Numbered from the stretch's first letter, positions 13,333 through 26,312 are shown. The stretch is DNA of 64,000 bases from Eledone cirrhosa (GCA_964016885.1 OZ024741.1:342860001-342924000); one strand, 5' to 3'. Numbers and translations: made by a program. The notes: a model not told the origin generated them from the letters alone.

Positions 13333-15207
13333 TTGATGAAATCTGACAAGACCAACAACCTCTATGGAGTGCGGAAAGACATGTATAATGGCCTCATACT
13401 GAAAGAGCTGAGGAAAAAGTACAAGGTAGCAGATAAGGCCGAACTTGAGAAAATGAATGTCGAAGCATCTTGTATAATGCACGAGTTGGAAATTGAGAAC
13501 AGAACACAACCTTTCGTGCCCAGGAAACCGAAGATCAATATGAAGGACCACAAGAGGAATTTTGAAAATGACCTGCCAGTTAGATTGATCGCACCTTCAA
13601 AATCGGACCTGGGCAAATTAAGCAAAAACATTCTTGACAGGGTGATACAGCAAATTAAGAACTTGGATTGTGTATCTAACCTGAGCTTGTGGAAGGGAAC
13701 TGGAGAGGTTGTTGAGTGGTTTAGGCAAATTAAATATAACAATAATAATAGGTTTATTCAACTTGATATAGCTAACTATTATTCTTCTATTACCCCTAGT
13801 CTACTAAATAAGGCACTAAATTACGCATTCAAACATACTGACCTAACTAGCAAAGAAATGCATATTATATTATCGGCTAGGAAAACTTTGATAGAATTTA
13901 ATGACAAATTATGGATCAGAGCAGATAGAGATAGCAATTTTGACATAACTATGGGATCTTCCGACTCAGCTCAGGTAACTGACCTTGTGGGCTTATTTTT
14001 AATCAATTCGCTACATAGGAAAATACCTGGTACTACCGGAGGTTTATATAGGGATGACATGCTTTTACTTATTAATAATAATAACCCTGAACTAAATAGA
14101 AAATGTAAACAAATTACAAATTTTTTTAATTACTTTAACCTTAAAATAGAAATTGAGAACAACCATAGAATAGTCAATTTCCTAGATATAACATTAAATC
14201 TCAACACATGTCTCCACTATCCTTTTCACAAGTTGAATGAAAACTTAAACTATGTCAACTTTAACTCTAACCACCCCAGATCTGTCAAAAACACTATAGT
14301 AAACTCAGTCCAAAAACGTAACTCTAGGATCTCGTCGAATAGAAAGATTTTTAACGAAAAGGCCCAGTACTATAATGATGCACTAGCTAGGGCAGGATAT
14401 GCTGATAAGATTGTGTACATAGATAATGATAGACAAACTAAACAAAGTAACAACTTTTTTAATTACGGCAACAACATTAACAACTATAATAGAAAGCATT
14501 ACAATAATTCCAAAGGACAAAAAAGAAATAGAACTAGGAACATAATTTGGTTTGCCCCCCCTTTCTCACTAAACATTAAAACCCACATCGCTAAATTATT
14601 TTTCAAAGCTCTTGATAATCGCTTCCCTAGAACACATAGGTATCACTCAATCTTCAATAGGCATACAATTAAATTAACCTACTCATCCACCAAAAATTTA
14701 GCACAAAATATTAATAGAATAAATAATAGGAACTTAAAACCTACTGATAATAGCATAAATAATATACAAGTTAACAAATGTAACTGTAGAGATAGATCTA
14801 AATGTCCGTTAAATAACAACTGCTTAGTTAAAAATATAGTATACAATTGTAATGTTAATACTGACTCTAATTCTTTTAACTACGTCGGTTCCACATCGAC
14901 GGAATTTAAACTTCGCTATAATAACCACAAGAATTCTTTCACAGATCCAAGTAAAAAATCTTCAACGGCACTATCAGGCGTACTCTGGCAACTTAAGCTA
15001 GATAACGTTAGATATTCGACGGCTTGGAATATAGTCTCAAGAGGGATTCCTTTTAATTCATCCTCTGAGACATGTGACCTCTGCGCAGAGGAGATATTCT
15101 TTATACTAAAATCTAAAAATTCCCTTAACCTACGAACAAATTTATTCAGTTGTTGCAAACATAGATTAAACTCAACGTTTAAATATAAATTTAAATTTAA
15201 AATGTAG
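13333..15207 (+). CDS. PLE reverse transcriptase + GIY-YIG endonuclease (N-terminally disrupted)
   Basis: SDKTNN, QLDIANYYSSI, FDITMGSSDSAQVTDLVG, GLYRDD, NFLDITL, SNHP, CNCRDRSKCPLNNNC, VYNC..YVGST..FKLRYNNH, CDLCAEE, CCKH. Confidence 0.93.
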   Translation: MMKSDKTNNLYGVRKDMYNGLILKELRKKYKVADKAELEKMNVEASCIMHELEIENRTQPFVPRKPKINMKDHKRNFENDLPVRLIAPSKSDLGKLSKNILDRVIQQIKNLDCVSNLSLWKGTGEVVEWFRQIKYNNNNRFIQLDIANYYSSITPSLLNKALNYAFKHTDLTSKEMHIILSARKTLIEFNDKLWIRADRDSNFDITMGSSDSAQVTDLVGLFLINSLHRKIPGTTGGLYRDDMLLLINNNNPELNRKCKQITNFFNYFNLKIEIENNHRIVNFLDITLNLNTCLHYPFHKLNENLNYVNFNSNHPRSVKNTIVNSVQKRNSRISSNRKIFNEKAQYYNDALARAGYADKIVYIDNDRQTKQSNNFFNYGNNINNYNRKHYNNSKGQKRNRTRNIIWFAPPFSLNIKTHIAKLFFKALDNRFPRTHRYHSIFNRHTIKLTYSSTKNLAQNINRINNRNLKPTDNSINNIQVNKCNCRDRSKCPLNNNCLVKNIVYNCNVNTDSNSFNYVGSTSTEFKLRYNNHKNSFTDPSKKSSTALSGVLWQLKLDNVRYSTAWNIVSRGIPFNSSSETCDLCAEEIFFILKSKNSLNLRTNLFSCCKHRLNSTFKYKFKFKM

Positions 15208-16490
15208 TATATTTAGTTTGATTTATATTTATATGAGAACTAGCCGATAAATTTTTTGATTCCTAAATCTTTGATTCCCTCTTTTTACTCTTTTTTTATT
15301 GTTTATTTTTATTTTATTTTTATCTAAACATTCCTCATGAAAAATTAAGCTACCCTAAAAGCTGATGCTCCAAATTTTTTGAATTAACCTTACACTAGAT
15401 AAACTTCTATATTAAATATAAGAACATATGTAGACCTAATTGGACATCATAATCTTTTTGAAATGTTTTTTGCTAGATGTGATTTGATAGATAATTTTTG
15501 GCTTTGTCTTGTAATGAACTTGGCAATATATTGTCAATTAACTTTGAAGGGTTGTTCTTTGTGGTTTATTTTTATTTTTATTTTTATTTTTATTTTTATT
15601 TTTTATTTTTTAGTATTGTAGTATTCTATAATATTTTTTTATTTTTTATTTTATTTTTAATATCTTTAATATGTAAATTCATAATACGTAATATTTTTTA
15701 ATACGTAGTATTTTTAATATGTAATATTTTTATTATGTAATATTCTTTCGTAATATTTTTTTTTTTAGTTTTCTATTCTATATTTTTTACCTATTATTAT
15801 TATTGTTATCTTTTTATTTTTAGTTTTGTTTATAATATAATATATATTTTTATTAGTATATTGAAATCTGCTCTCTATTTCTGCTTGATAGATAATCTTG
15901 TAGAGTAATGACAGGAATAATAATACGCTCAAATTTTTATACCACATTGAGAATGTTTTCCGGTAACCTAGAGTTTGCAGAGTGAATCAGTTGGATTCGC
16001 ATGGATGTTTGTAGCTGTCACATAAACATATGAATTTTTTAAAACTAAACATAAGATAATTAATTCTCACACATTATGGATACTTGTTTCATTCAGGAAT
16101 ACTGATATTTACAATATAGTGTAAGTTTTATAAATACTAATACATTAAAACATAGGGTTTTTTACGCCTCGAATATGTCTGGCTATTTTTAAATTTTTTC
16201 TCTCGCTATTTTTTCCTCTCTCTCTATTTTTTTCTCTCTATATATATCTCCCTTACATTAATACTTGAGCTAAATAAATAAATAAATAAATAAATGTATC
16301 ATTGATACACTTACTCAAAATGACCTCCCACTACCTAATTTTCTATATATATATGTATCTATCTCTATTTCCTCTCTCTCTCTATATATATATCTCTTTC
16401 TGTTTCTTTACATGAAGCTCTTCGCTTTATCTATCTTTCCATCTCTCTATTTTGTTCCATGCATTTCTTCTTTTTCTTTTTCTTCTTTTG

Positions 16491-16832
16491 CTTCCTTTTC
16501 TTCGTTTTGTCTTTCTTTCTTTTTTCTCTCTTTCTTTCTCTCTGTATAAATTTTCACTGCTAGCGTAAACCTCTTCAAATGAAGTCGGTGTTTATTACGG
16601 TATGTCGAATCTATTTATCTATAAAACTGTTTATATTGTATTTTGTCTGATGAAGGCATAGCATATTGTTAATATGATATCCCCGAAATATATATAATGA
16701 AATAAATATGGTTTTATAAATATAGTTTTCCATTTATTTAATATTGTAAATATACTCCAAGTATTTGTCGAGTGCTTTTATATCAGTTATAAATATTTAC
16801 TAGTTGTAACCCAACAATTTTAAATATAACTT

Positions 16833-16841
<9 letters not shown>
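16491..16841 (+). repeat. 3' pseudo-LTR of the PLE
   Basis: Direct repeat of 12601-12951, followed by (TA)n. Confidence 0.92.
16639..16704 (+). ncRNA. Type-I hammerhead ribozyme (family A, 3' pLTR copy)
   Basis: Same motif as 12749-12814. Confidence 0.85.
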
Positions 16842-16921
<80 letters not shown>

Positions 16922-16929
<8 letters not shown>

Positions 16930-17340
16930 AGATCAAAAGATGGTTAAAGGAGTTCCATGTATTTTATTATGCGCATTTCAAAAACAAACATCATCATGCA
17001 ATAATATTTGTGTTTTCATCAGATAAAACAGGAGAACATGATATGAAGGCTAAAAAACACTTGTGGATAGTGCAGTTTTAAATCAACATATGTTGATTTA
17101 AAACTGCACTATCCACAAGTGTTTTTTAGCCTTCATATCATGTTCTCCTGTTTTATCTGATGAAAACACAAATATTATTGCATGATGATGTTTGTTTTTG
17201 AAATGCGCATAATAAAATACATGGAACTCCTTTAACCATCTTTTGATCTTATATTATGTATACTCCAGTCCTACAAACTGTAGAGTGCTTCTTATCCGAT
17301 ATCTGCATTGCTTTATTGTACTACAATAAAACTCACCTCC

Positions 17341-17345
<5 letters not shown>
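16922..17345 (+). mobile_element. PLE pLTR family B fragment forming a spacer-less palindrome (16922-17257)
   Basis: Inverted arms centred at 17089/17090; flanked by (TA)n on both sides. Confidence 0.85.
17149..17219 (+). ncRNA. Type-I hammerhead (family B); mirror copy at 16960-17030 on the minus strand
   Basis: tgttttat-CTGATGA-aaacacaaat...atgtttgttttt-GAAA-tgcgca-TA^-ataaaata. Confidence 0.85.
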
Positions 17346-17384
<39 letters not shown>

Positions 17385-17690
17385 GTACAATCATTTCTAT
17401 ACTTTTCATTTATATATATATAAACATAAATTATCGAGATTCGCATTTCGGCCCACGAAATAACGAAAAACAACCTCCGAGATGTGCGGCAAGTGCTCAA
17501 TGATTCAGATGAACCAGAGCTATAACAAACGTTAAAGGCCAAACACACTGAAACAATCATTCGCATAGCCAAAAAAAAAAACGATCAAGTAATTCGGGTA
17601 TTGAAAATTTACCCGGACCCCTGGAAGGTTGGTAAAATCCAGTATATGGGTTTCTGCGGCTCCTAAATCAAGTACCGTCCGCTTGCATAA

Positions 17691-17880
17691 ATAATTGTTT
17701 CTACTTTAGGCACAAGGCCAGCAATTACCCAGTGCATTACTGGTACTTTATTTTATCGACCCCGTAAGAATGAAAGGCAAAGTCAACCTCGGCGGGATTT
17801 GAACTCAGATCGTAAAGGGACGTAACTATGCTGGAAAGCATGGCGTCCGATCCTCTACCGATACTGCCAATCCACCGTCC
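17691..17880 (-). mobile_element. SINE family A with target-site duplication
   Basis: gcttgcataaataat at 17681-17695 and 17881-17895. Confidence 0.9.
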
Positions 17881-18109
17881 GCTTGCATAAATAATGTCAG
17901 GCTTCTGGTAAGATTATTGAACAAGGAAGCCACTTTCTCAACAGGTTTTAGTTCAATGTTAATACAAGGACTGACTATTGCTGACCCCACGTGGGGATCG
18001 GCAAGGGAGGCAACCCCTATATCAGGCGAATGAATTCAGTTGTGTATATTTTTGCAAGAATGCAAAAAACATCACAAATCGAATAGAGTTCTCAATATAT
18101 ATATATATA

Positions 18110-19006
<897 letters not shown>

Positions 19007-19053
19007 TATTCAAAATATTAACAAATGAAAAATATTCTCATAATCAAAATATA

Positions 19054-19119
19054 TTCTTTATTATATATATTTCAAAGGTACTGTGTTGTTTTTTCAGTAC
19101 GTCCTCATCAGACAAAATA
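19054..19119 (-). ncRNA. Type-I hammerhead (family A-like)
   Basis: Minus strand: tattttgt-CTGATGA-ggacgtactg...cagtaccttt-GAAA-tatata-TA^-ataaaga. Confidence 0.7.
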
Positions 19120-19336
19120 TATGATTTGATATATGACATACCGCTACGGTCTTGATTATTCAATTCCAGTATTGGCAGTCATATATATATATATATATAC
19201 TAGTCCACCAGTGACCCGTTGGGTGACGTTTATTTAGAGATAATTTTTATATAATTAAAATATTCACAGACATATATTTAATCTAAAATAAAATTGGAAG
19301 ACGCATATGTATGGGTATGTGTATGTGTGTGGGTGT

Positions 19337-19404
<68 letters not shown>

Positions 19405-19644
19405 CCGTGTATACATATATATATGTGCGTGTATATATTTATATATATGGGTGTCTGTGACCTATATACACTGGTCACACACAGACACACACAGAGACAC
19501 ACACACATACACAGACAATGTATATATATATATGCATACACAGACACACACACATATATACACACACACAATAACACACAAACTTAGAAATCCTTCCTAA
19601 TATTCGCTACACACATCCTTTTCTAACACAAGTTATATGATACA

Positions 19645-20610
19645 TATGAGAGGTGGGAATTGTGAAAGAGAGTGAGGTATGTAGTGGAATCTAGAGAGCG
19701 GGAGAGAATTTGTTGGTTTAGTGACAGAGGGGGAATTGTGAGAGAGAGAGAGAGAGAGTGAGGTATGTAGTGGAATATAGAGAGCGGGAGAGAATTTGGT
19801 GGTTTAGTAAGAGAGGGGAAATTCTGAGAGTGTGAGGTATGTAGTGGATTATAGAGAGGAGGAGAAAGTTTATTGGCCTAGTGAGAGAGGGGATATTGTG
19901 ACAGTGAGAGAGTGTGAGGGTATGTAGTGGTATATAGAGAGGGGGAGAATTTGTTGATCTAGTGAGAGAGAGTGTGGTATGTAGTGGAATATAGAGAGCG
20001 GGAGAGAATTTGGTGGCCAGTGAGAGAGGGGGAATTGGGAGAGTGAGTGAGGTATGTACTGGAATATAGAGAGGAGAGAGAATTTTGTGAGAGAGGGGAA
20101 ATTCTGAGAATATGAGGTATGTAGAGGGTTATAGAGAGGGGGAGAAAGTTTATTGGCCTAGTGAGAGAGGGGACATTGTGACAGTGAGAGAGAGTGAGGC
20201 TATGTAGTGGAATATAGAGAGGGGGGGAATTTGTTGGACTAGTGAGGGAGAGGGAATTATGAGAGATAATTTGGTATGTTGTGGAATATAGAGAGAGGGA
20301 GAGAATTTGGTGGTTCAGTGAGGGAGAGAACACTGTGAGAGTGAGTGAGAATGAGGTATGAAGTAGGATATAGTGAGGGGGAGAGTGAGGGGGAGAGTGT
20401 TTGGTGGGCTAGTGAGAGAGTGGGAATTACGATATTGATAGAGAGTGAGGTATGTACTGGTGTATAGAGAGCGGGAGAGAATTTGGTGAGCTCGTGTGAG
20501 AGGGGGAATTGTGAGAGAGTGAGATATGTAGTGGGATATAGAGGATGGCAGAGAGTTTGGTGATTTTGTGAGAGAGGGGGAATTGTGACAATGATAGAGA
20601 GTGAGGTATG
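19645..20610. repeat. ~65-bp purine-rich minisatellite
   Basis: Recurring gagtgaggtatgtagtggaatatagagagcgggagagaatttggtgg units. Confidence 0.9.
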
Positions 20611-20971
20611 TTTCTATATATGTGTGTTTGTGTTTATATGTATGTGTGTGTGTTTATATATGTGTGTGCGTGTTTATATATATATTTTGTGTGTGTATAT
20701 ATATATGTGTGTGTGTGTATGTATATATATGTGTGTGTGTATATGCATGTGTGTGTGTTTTATATATATATTTGTGTGTGTGTGTATAGATATATGTGTG
20801 TGTGTATGTATATATATATGAGTGTGTGTATGCATATGTATGTGTGTTTTATATATATGTGTGTGTTTATTTATAATTTATATATATGTATGTTTATTAT
20901 TCATATATATGTGTGTGTGTCTGTGTGTTTATTAATATATATGTGAGTATGTGTGTGTCCGTGTGTTTGTA

Positions 20972-21011
<40 letters not shown>

Positions 21012-21091
21012 TTTGTCTCTATATATATGTGAGCGTGTTTGTGTTTCTATATATATGTGTGTGTTTTTATATGTGTATTTATGTGTGTGAA

Positions 21092-21400
21092 AGCGTGTGT
21101 TTAGTGTATTTGGCTCACAATCGTAAGGTCGTGAGTTCGATTCCCGGCGACGCGTTGTGTCCTTGAGCAAGACACTTTATTTCACGTTGCCCCAGTCCAC
21201 TCAGCTGGCAAAAATGTGTTGTAATTCGAAGCACAGCCTTGTCACACACTATGTCACACTGAATCTCCCTGAGAACTACGTAAAAGGTATGTGTGTCTGT
21301 GGAATGCTCAGCCACTTGCACGTTAGTTTCACAGGTAGGCTGTTCCGTTGGTAGTATCAACTGGAACACTTGTAGTCGTAACCGACGGAGTGACACCGTT
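21092..21400 (+). mobile_element. SINE family B
   Basis: gagttcgattccc box B, then gtgtccttgagcaagacacttt. Confidence 0.85.
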
Positions 21401-21406
21401 TATATG

Positions 21407-21458
<52 letters not shown>

Positions 21459-21979
21459 TAAATCTTTCAATTTTAAACCTAAATTTTACATTTTTAATCT
21501 TTTATCTTATTTTAAATTATATCTTTCTTCTAAACCTAAATTTCACATTTCTAATCTTTAATCGTAATTTAAAACTCTACCTTAAAACCTTTTCCGTTCT
21601 TGTTCTGACTGTACACTCGTACCCTATAAATTTTAGTACTTTTGACTAATGCCAACGCAAACATTTTTTCACACCACTATATATGAATAACTAATAATCG
21701 ATTGATCGCTGGATGATCAGCTGGCTGTGACGGCCTTCCTGCTTGCACCCACAGCGCCTGAGTCTGTCCACTTTCCTGGAGTGCTTGGGAAATAAATAAA
21801 TTTCCCTTTCTTTCGGTAGATGAAAATACTCGGAACGGTTGGTACGCCATTGGGCCCTGGATGAAACGGGAATCCGTCGCGTCACTGGGCATTGGCCGCC
21901 GAGCAGCACTCTTAAATTTGAAACTTAAATTTTTACATTTTCAATCTTTAATCTTAACTTTAAATTCTACCTTAAAACT

Positions 21980-22345
21980 TGCACTCCACCAATCCCACTC
22001 TTTGAGCATCGAAAATACTACTCGAAAAGGAGAACCGGTCAACATCATCGGATGCTTTCGAAGCCGCAGGTTTTTTGTCCAGAGATTCCCTCTCTTAGAA
22101 AGGTATTGTGACAACAACTGGGGGCTTTCACTCCCAGGTGAAAAAAAAGTACTATTTGGATGGCCGTTGACTCTGCCGAGTTCCTCTGCCCTTTGACGGG
22201 TCTTGTATTTCAACCAGCAGGGTGTCCAAATATTACCCTCCTCATCAAGCTAGCTTGGTGGGGTTGCTGGTTTAGTCACCGACGACCCAACGGTGAGACA
22301 GGTTGTACTGGGTTTCATGTTACCAGTAGCACTTATGAGTGACCT

Positions 22346-22349
<4 letters not shown>
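21980..22349 (-). mobile_element. RTE-type LINE 5'-UTR-like repeat (copy 1 of 3)
   Basis: Homologous to 35180-35648 and 36230-36629; all three start at a TA/TATG microsatellite. Confidence 0.55.
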
Positions 22350-22399
<50 letters not shown>

Positions 22400-22465
22400 G
22401 AAGAGAGAAGAAACATTTAGATATAATTAGTAATAAAATGTATCATACCTAAACTGTTCCTAGAT

Positions 22466-22555
22466 TCCTCGAATACGTAGTTTCGTGGCATAAACAAAAA
22501 CAATACATCATAAAGATATAGAGTCCTTGCGAGGTCTGCCGACTTATCAAGAGGA
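22466..22555 (-). ncRNA. Hammerhead, U3-A8 core variant (family D; this copy has a substitution next to the cleavage site)
   Basis: Minus strand: tcctc-TTGATAA-gtcggca...tgccac-GAAA-ctacgtat-TC^-gagga. Confidence 0.65.
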
Positions 22556-23058
22556 TACCTCATTTTACTAGCTTCAAGAACGCGTCTACACGACGTGAGA
22601 AAGAATCCCAAAAGGCGGAGGGGGAGATAGTCACACGATATAACGGTCGAGAAACAGAGCTAAGCCTCTTATAACCCCGAAGAAAATACCACGGAGGCGG
22701 AGGGGGTATTTATATCGAAGCCGTAGAAGAGGTGGTGAAGGAGGCGAGAAGTATGAGTAATGGGAGCTTTCCATCAGTCACCACACTTCAAAGATTACTC
22801 GACCAGAGGGAGTTATGAACAATATATTTAGAAACACACAGATACATGCGGACACACACATATACATGAATGCATCCACACCTAACCGTGAGTTAATGGT
22901 GCCAACCTTACCGATGTTGCTCAATGAATGACTGGGACAGACCAATCCGGTTGAATTAGACTGAACCAGTATCAGAGTTAAAAATACATTATGAAGAGAG
23001 AAGAAACATTTAGATATAATTAGTAATAAAATGTATCATACCTAAACTATTCCTAGAT

Positions 23059-23148
23059 TCCTCGACTACGTAGTTTCGTGGCATAAACAAAAACAATACA
23101 TCATAAAGATATAGAGTCCTTGCGAGGTCTGCCGACTTATCAAGAGGA
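23059..23148 (-). ncRNA. Hammerhead, U3-A8 core variant (family D)
   Basis: Minus strand: tcctc-TTGATAA-gtcggca...tgccac-GAAA-ctacgtag-TC^-gagga. Confidence 0.8.
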
Positions 23149-23786
23149 TACCTCATTTTACTAGCTTCAAGAACGCGTCTACACGACGTAAGAAAGAATC
23201 CCAAAAGGCGGAAGGGGAGATAGTCACGCGATATAACGGTCGAGAAACAGAGCTAAGCCTCTTATAACCCCTAAGAAAATACCACGGAGGCGGAGGGGGT
23301 ATTTATATCGAAGCCGTAGAAGGGGTGGTGAAGGAGGCGAGAAGTATGAGTAATGGGAGCTTTCCATCAGTCACCACACTTCAAAGATTACTCGACCAGA
23401 AGGAGTTATGAACAATATATTTAGAAACACACAGATACATGCGGACACACACATAATGTATTTTTAACTCTGATACTGGTTCAGTCTAATTCAACCGGAT
23501 TGGTCTGTCCCAGTCATTCATTGAGCAACATCGGTAAGGTTGGCACCATTAACTCACGGTTGGGTGTGGATGCATTATATATATATATATGTAGATAAAT
23601 CTACCAAAATAAACGGTAGTGTCCAATCCGTATGAAGAACTCAATGTAATCTAAATATAGAAGATATCATGAAAAGAGAAAATGCATTCAAAATTTAACG
23701 ATAAAAATCATAGGAAAATAGAATCAAGATAAATTAATAAAAACAATGAAATAAAAACAAAGAACAGGTTCCTTATATTAAAAAAT

Positions 23787-23931
23787 CATCATTTTACGAT
23801 CGTTTCTGGGATATATATGTGTATGTTGGTAGTATATCATATTAAAGATCTATGTAAAAAAATATTACAAATTATAAGAGGAGATATACATACCTTCACT
23901 TATATATGCACTTATATCTTCAGAAATGATG
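23787..23931 (-). ncRNA. Type-I hammerhead with long stem II insertion (family E)
   Basis: Minus strand: catcattt-CTGAAGA-...-GAAA-cgatcg-TA^-aaatgatg (perfect 8-bp stem I). Confidence 0.7.
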
Positions 23932-24146
23932 AAGTATGTTTATTGAAAGAAACATAATATTAATACAAAAAGTCTGTTTGGGAACAGGTTTTGAATTGAC
24001 CAATAGAAAAGTTAGAGGTCAAGTTGATAGAATAACCGTAGTAGAAACTTTATGTTAGGAGTAGAGGAATGTAAATTTATGCTTTGAATGAAAAGAAAGG
24101 GGAAGAGAAAGGTAGGGGTTAAAATGAGGTCAAGTTAATGAGATAG

Positions 24147-24672
24147 TGATATTAATAAATGGAAACTATATTTATAAAACCATATTTATTCTATTATATA
24201 TATTTCAAGGGTACCAAAACTTTGGTGCGCTCTAATCAGATAAAATACAAAGTTTGTTTTATAAATATTAACATATCCAGGAAGGAGATCTTAACGGTTC
24301 AAGTTTTTCCTGGATAAGGAAAGAGGGGAAAGAGAGGAAAAGTAAAATATTTCAAATTATTAAGATGAATATGCAAATGAGGTTGAGATATAGGGCTGAA
24401 AAAAGACGTTATTTTTAGACGCTAGTTAGATTTAAATAATTATTAGGATATATATATATATGTAGGAAGAAGAAAGAACCGTTAAGATCTCCTTCCTGGA
24501 TATGTCAATATCTATAAAACAACTTTGTATTGTATCTGATGAGAGCGCACCAAAGTTTTGGTACCCTTGAAATATATATAATAGAATAAATATGGTTTTA
24601 TAAATATAGTTTCCATTTATTAATATCACTGATATTATACTCCAGAAAACTTGTCGACTGCTTCGAATCAGT

Positions 24673-24680
<8 letters not shown>
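24147..24680 (+). mobile_element. PLE pLTR family A variant, inverted pair (~24147-24300 / ~24476-24628)
   Basis: Homologous to the 12601-12951 pLTR; 3' end abuts (TA)n. Confidence 0.8.
24528..24588 (+). ncRNA. Type-I hammerhead (family A variant)
   Basis: tattgtat-CTGATGA-gagcgcaccaaagttttggtaccctt-GAAA-tatata-TA^-atagaata. Confidence 0.75.
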
Positions 24681-24754
<74 letters not shown>

Positions 24755-25094
24755 CATACATATATACATACACGCATACATACATACATATATATATATG
24801 TTTGTATGCATAGTGGGTTGTGTAGTCGTTGTCGTTGCGTGCAGTCCTGGACAGTGTTATGTAAGTGGACTGAGAGAGAAGAAATAGTCATGACGTAAGA
24901 GGAATGAACTATAGGGAGCTGAAAGAAAGAAATTAGAACAAATAAACGAGCTAAAATTTGTTTAAGACTGTAAACGTGTTTTTGTTTTATTGTTCATTTC
25001 GGTAAACATAGAAGTGTAGCTGGTGTGTGTATGAGAGTTACTGTTAGAATTAAAAATAGAATTTAGATTGGAATTAAAATTAGGATTAATACAA

Positions 25095-25560
25095 TTACCA
25101 TGAACGGGATGCAGTTACTATCTACGAGTCTTTTTACTATTTTAGTATGGGTTGGTTGATAGCGAGCGCTTTCAGGTTTAAAATCCTTCTTTAGACTCGG
25201 TCGTTCATGTTCGGCAAATCCATTATCCGTCGGTATTTCCATGAGTTCAGGTTACACCAACGGTTTAAGGTAGGCTCCGTTTCTTAATGAAATGTGCCCC
25301 CACTATTCTGAAGCTTATCACGTCTGTTTGTTCCGCAAGTACCCTCGTTGTAATATTTCTTCCACATTCTTGTCTGTGCTGGAACACTGCGCTCGGGGGT
25401 GTAACTTTTTGAAAGTGTTTTTGCACTGTGGGATAGTTGGCGTTTCGTGGAACCGATGTATTTGGCTCCGTATGCGCAGTACCGCTCATAAACTACATGC
25501 TCCCTCAAGGATATCGGCTTTGTGTTGTTTATTATTGTGGTAGTGTTTTCTTTGACAGGG
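25095..25560 (-). pseudogene. Degraded GIY-YIG endonuclease of a different (Penelope/Poseidon-type) PLE
   Basis: HVVYERYCAYGAKYIGSTKRQLS matches the VVY-x-C-x-CG-x-YIG-x-T-x-R-x-L pattern. Confidence 0.65.
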
Positions 25561-25789
25561 CATCGTCGAAGGGAGCAGGCGCCTTCATGGCTCTGTGAGA
25601 GGTATTGTCTCAACGTCTGCCCACAATTTTTACTGACACTGGGAGACCTGATCGTTTGATACAATTTCTAAGGCTTTTTGCTGATATCACGAGGTTATGG
25701 TTTCGTTTTATAATTATCATTCAGGTAATACAACGGAAACATATGTTATTCAGTTTCTATTTACTGGGAAAATAGCTGTTAAAATGCGA

Positions 25790-25945
25790 TGAATTGGCAG
25801 ATTCGTTAGAACGTTGGATAGAATGATATGAGGTATTCGTTCGGGCTCTTCGCCCTCTTGGTTTAAATACACACAAGGTCAACTTTGCTTTTCATCCTTT
25901 CGAGATCAATAATTAAAAGTACTAGTTTAATACTGGGATCGATTC
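25790..25945 (+). mobile_element. SINE family A relative (old)
   Basis: aaggtcaactttgcttttcatcctttcg body. Confidence 0.6.
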
Positions 25946-26312
25946 TTCTTTTGTATACCTTTCTCACTTCATCTCGCTCACTCTTTATCTTTCAAACCTG
26001 GAAAAATGGACTTCGCTATGCTTAAACATGTCCAATATACATCATATATCACTACGGTGCTCCTACGACCCCACTGTTAATACGTATTACAATACATAAT
26101 TAAAGAAAGCACTAGAAACATGTGAATTCTCTAATTAATCTATGAGGCAAATTATGTCTTCATTGGATCATAAACCAATATTGAACATATTCACAGAATC
26201 TTGTACAAGGAACATATGATAATCTCGCCTTAAAAGCAGTTGATCCGGCATTGAAATCTTAAACGTCTGGACAGAACAGAAATTACATTTCAACTCACTA
26301 CATCAATAGTAT

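Larger units (their letters stand above)
12590..16841 (+). mobile_element. Near-full-length Penelope-like retroelement (C-terminal GIY-YIG, Hydra-clade-like) with pseudo-LTRs, inserted in a (CA)/(TA) microsatellite
   Basis: RT+EN ORF; ~350-bp direct repeats at both ends, each with a hammerhead; 3' end abuts (TA)n. Confidence 0.93.
22396..23575 (-). mobile_element. Non-coding retrozyme-like element family D: 593-bp tandem units plus inverted end
   Basis: ttatgaagagagaag at 22396 and 22989; 23452-23575 is the reverse complement of ~22869-22993; (TA)n on both sides. Confidence 0.85.

Noticed and set aside
19645-20610. CRISPR-like repeat array
   Set aside because: No unique spacers, eukaryotic context; ordinary minisatellite
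21660-21910. GC-rich island as a possible ncRNA or exon
   Set aside because: No recognisable motif, ORF or second copy in the window
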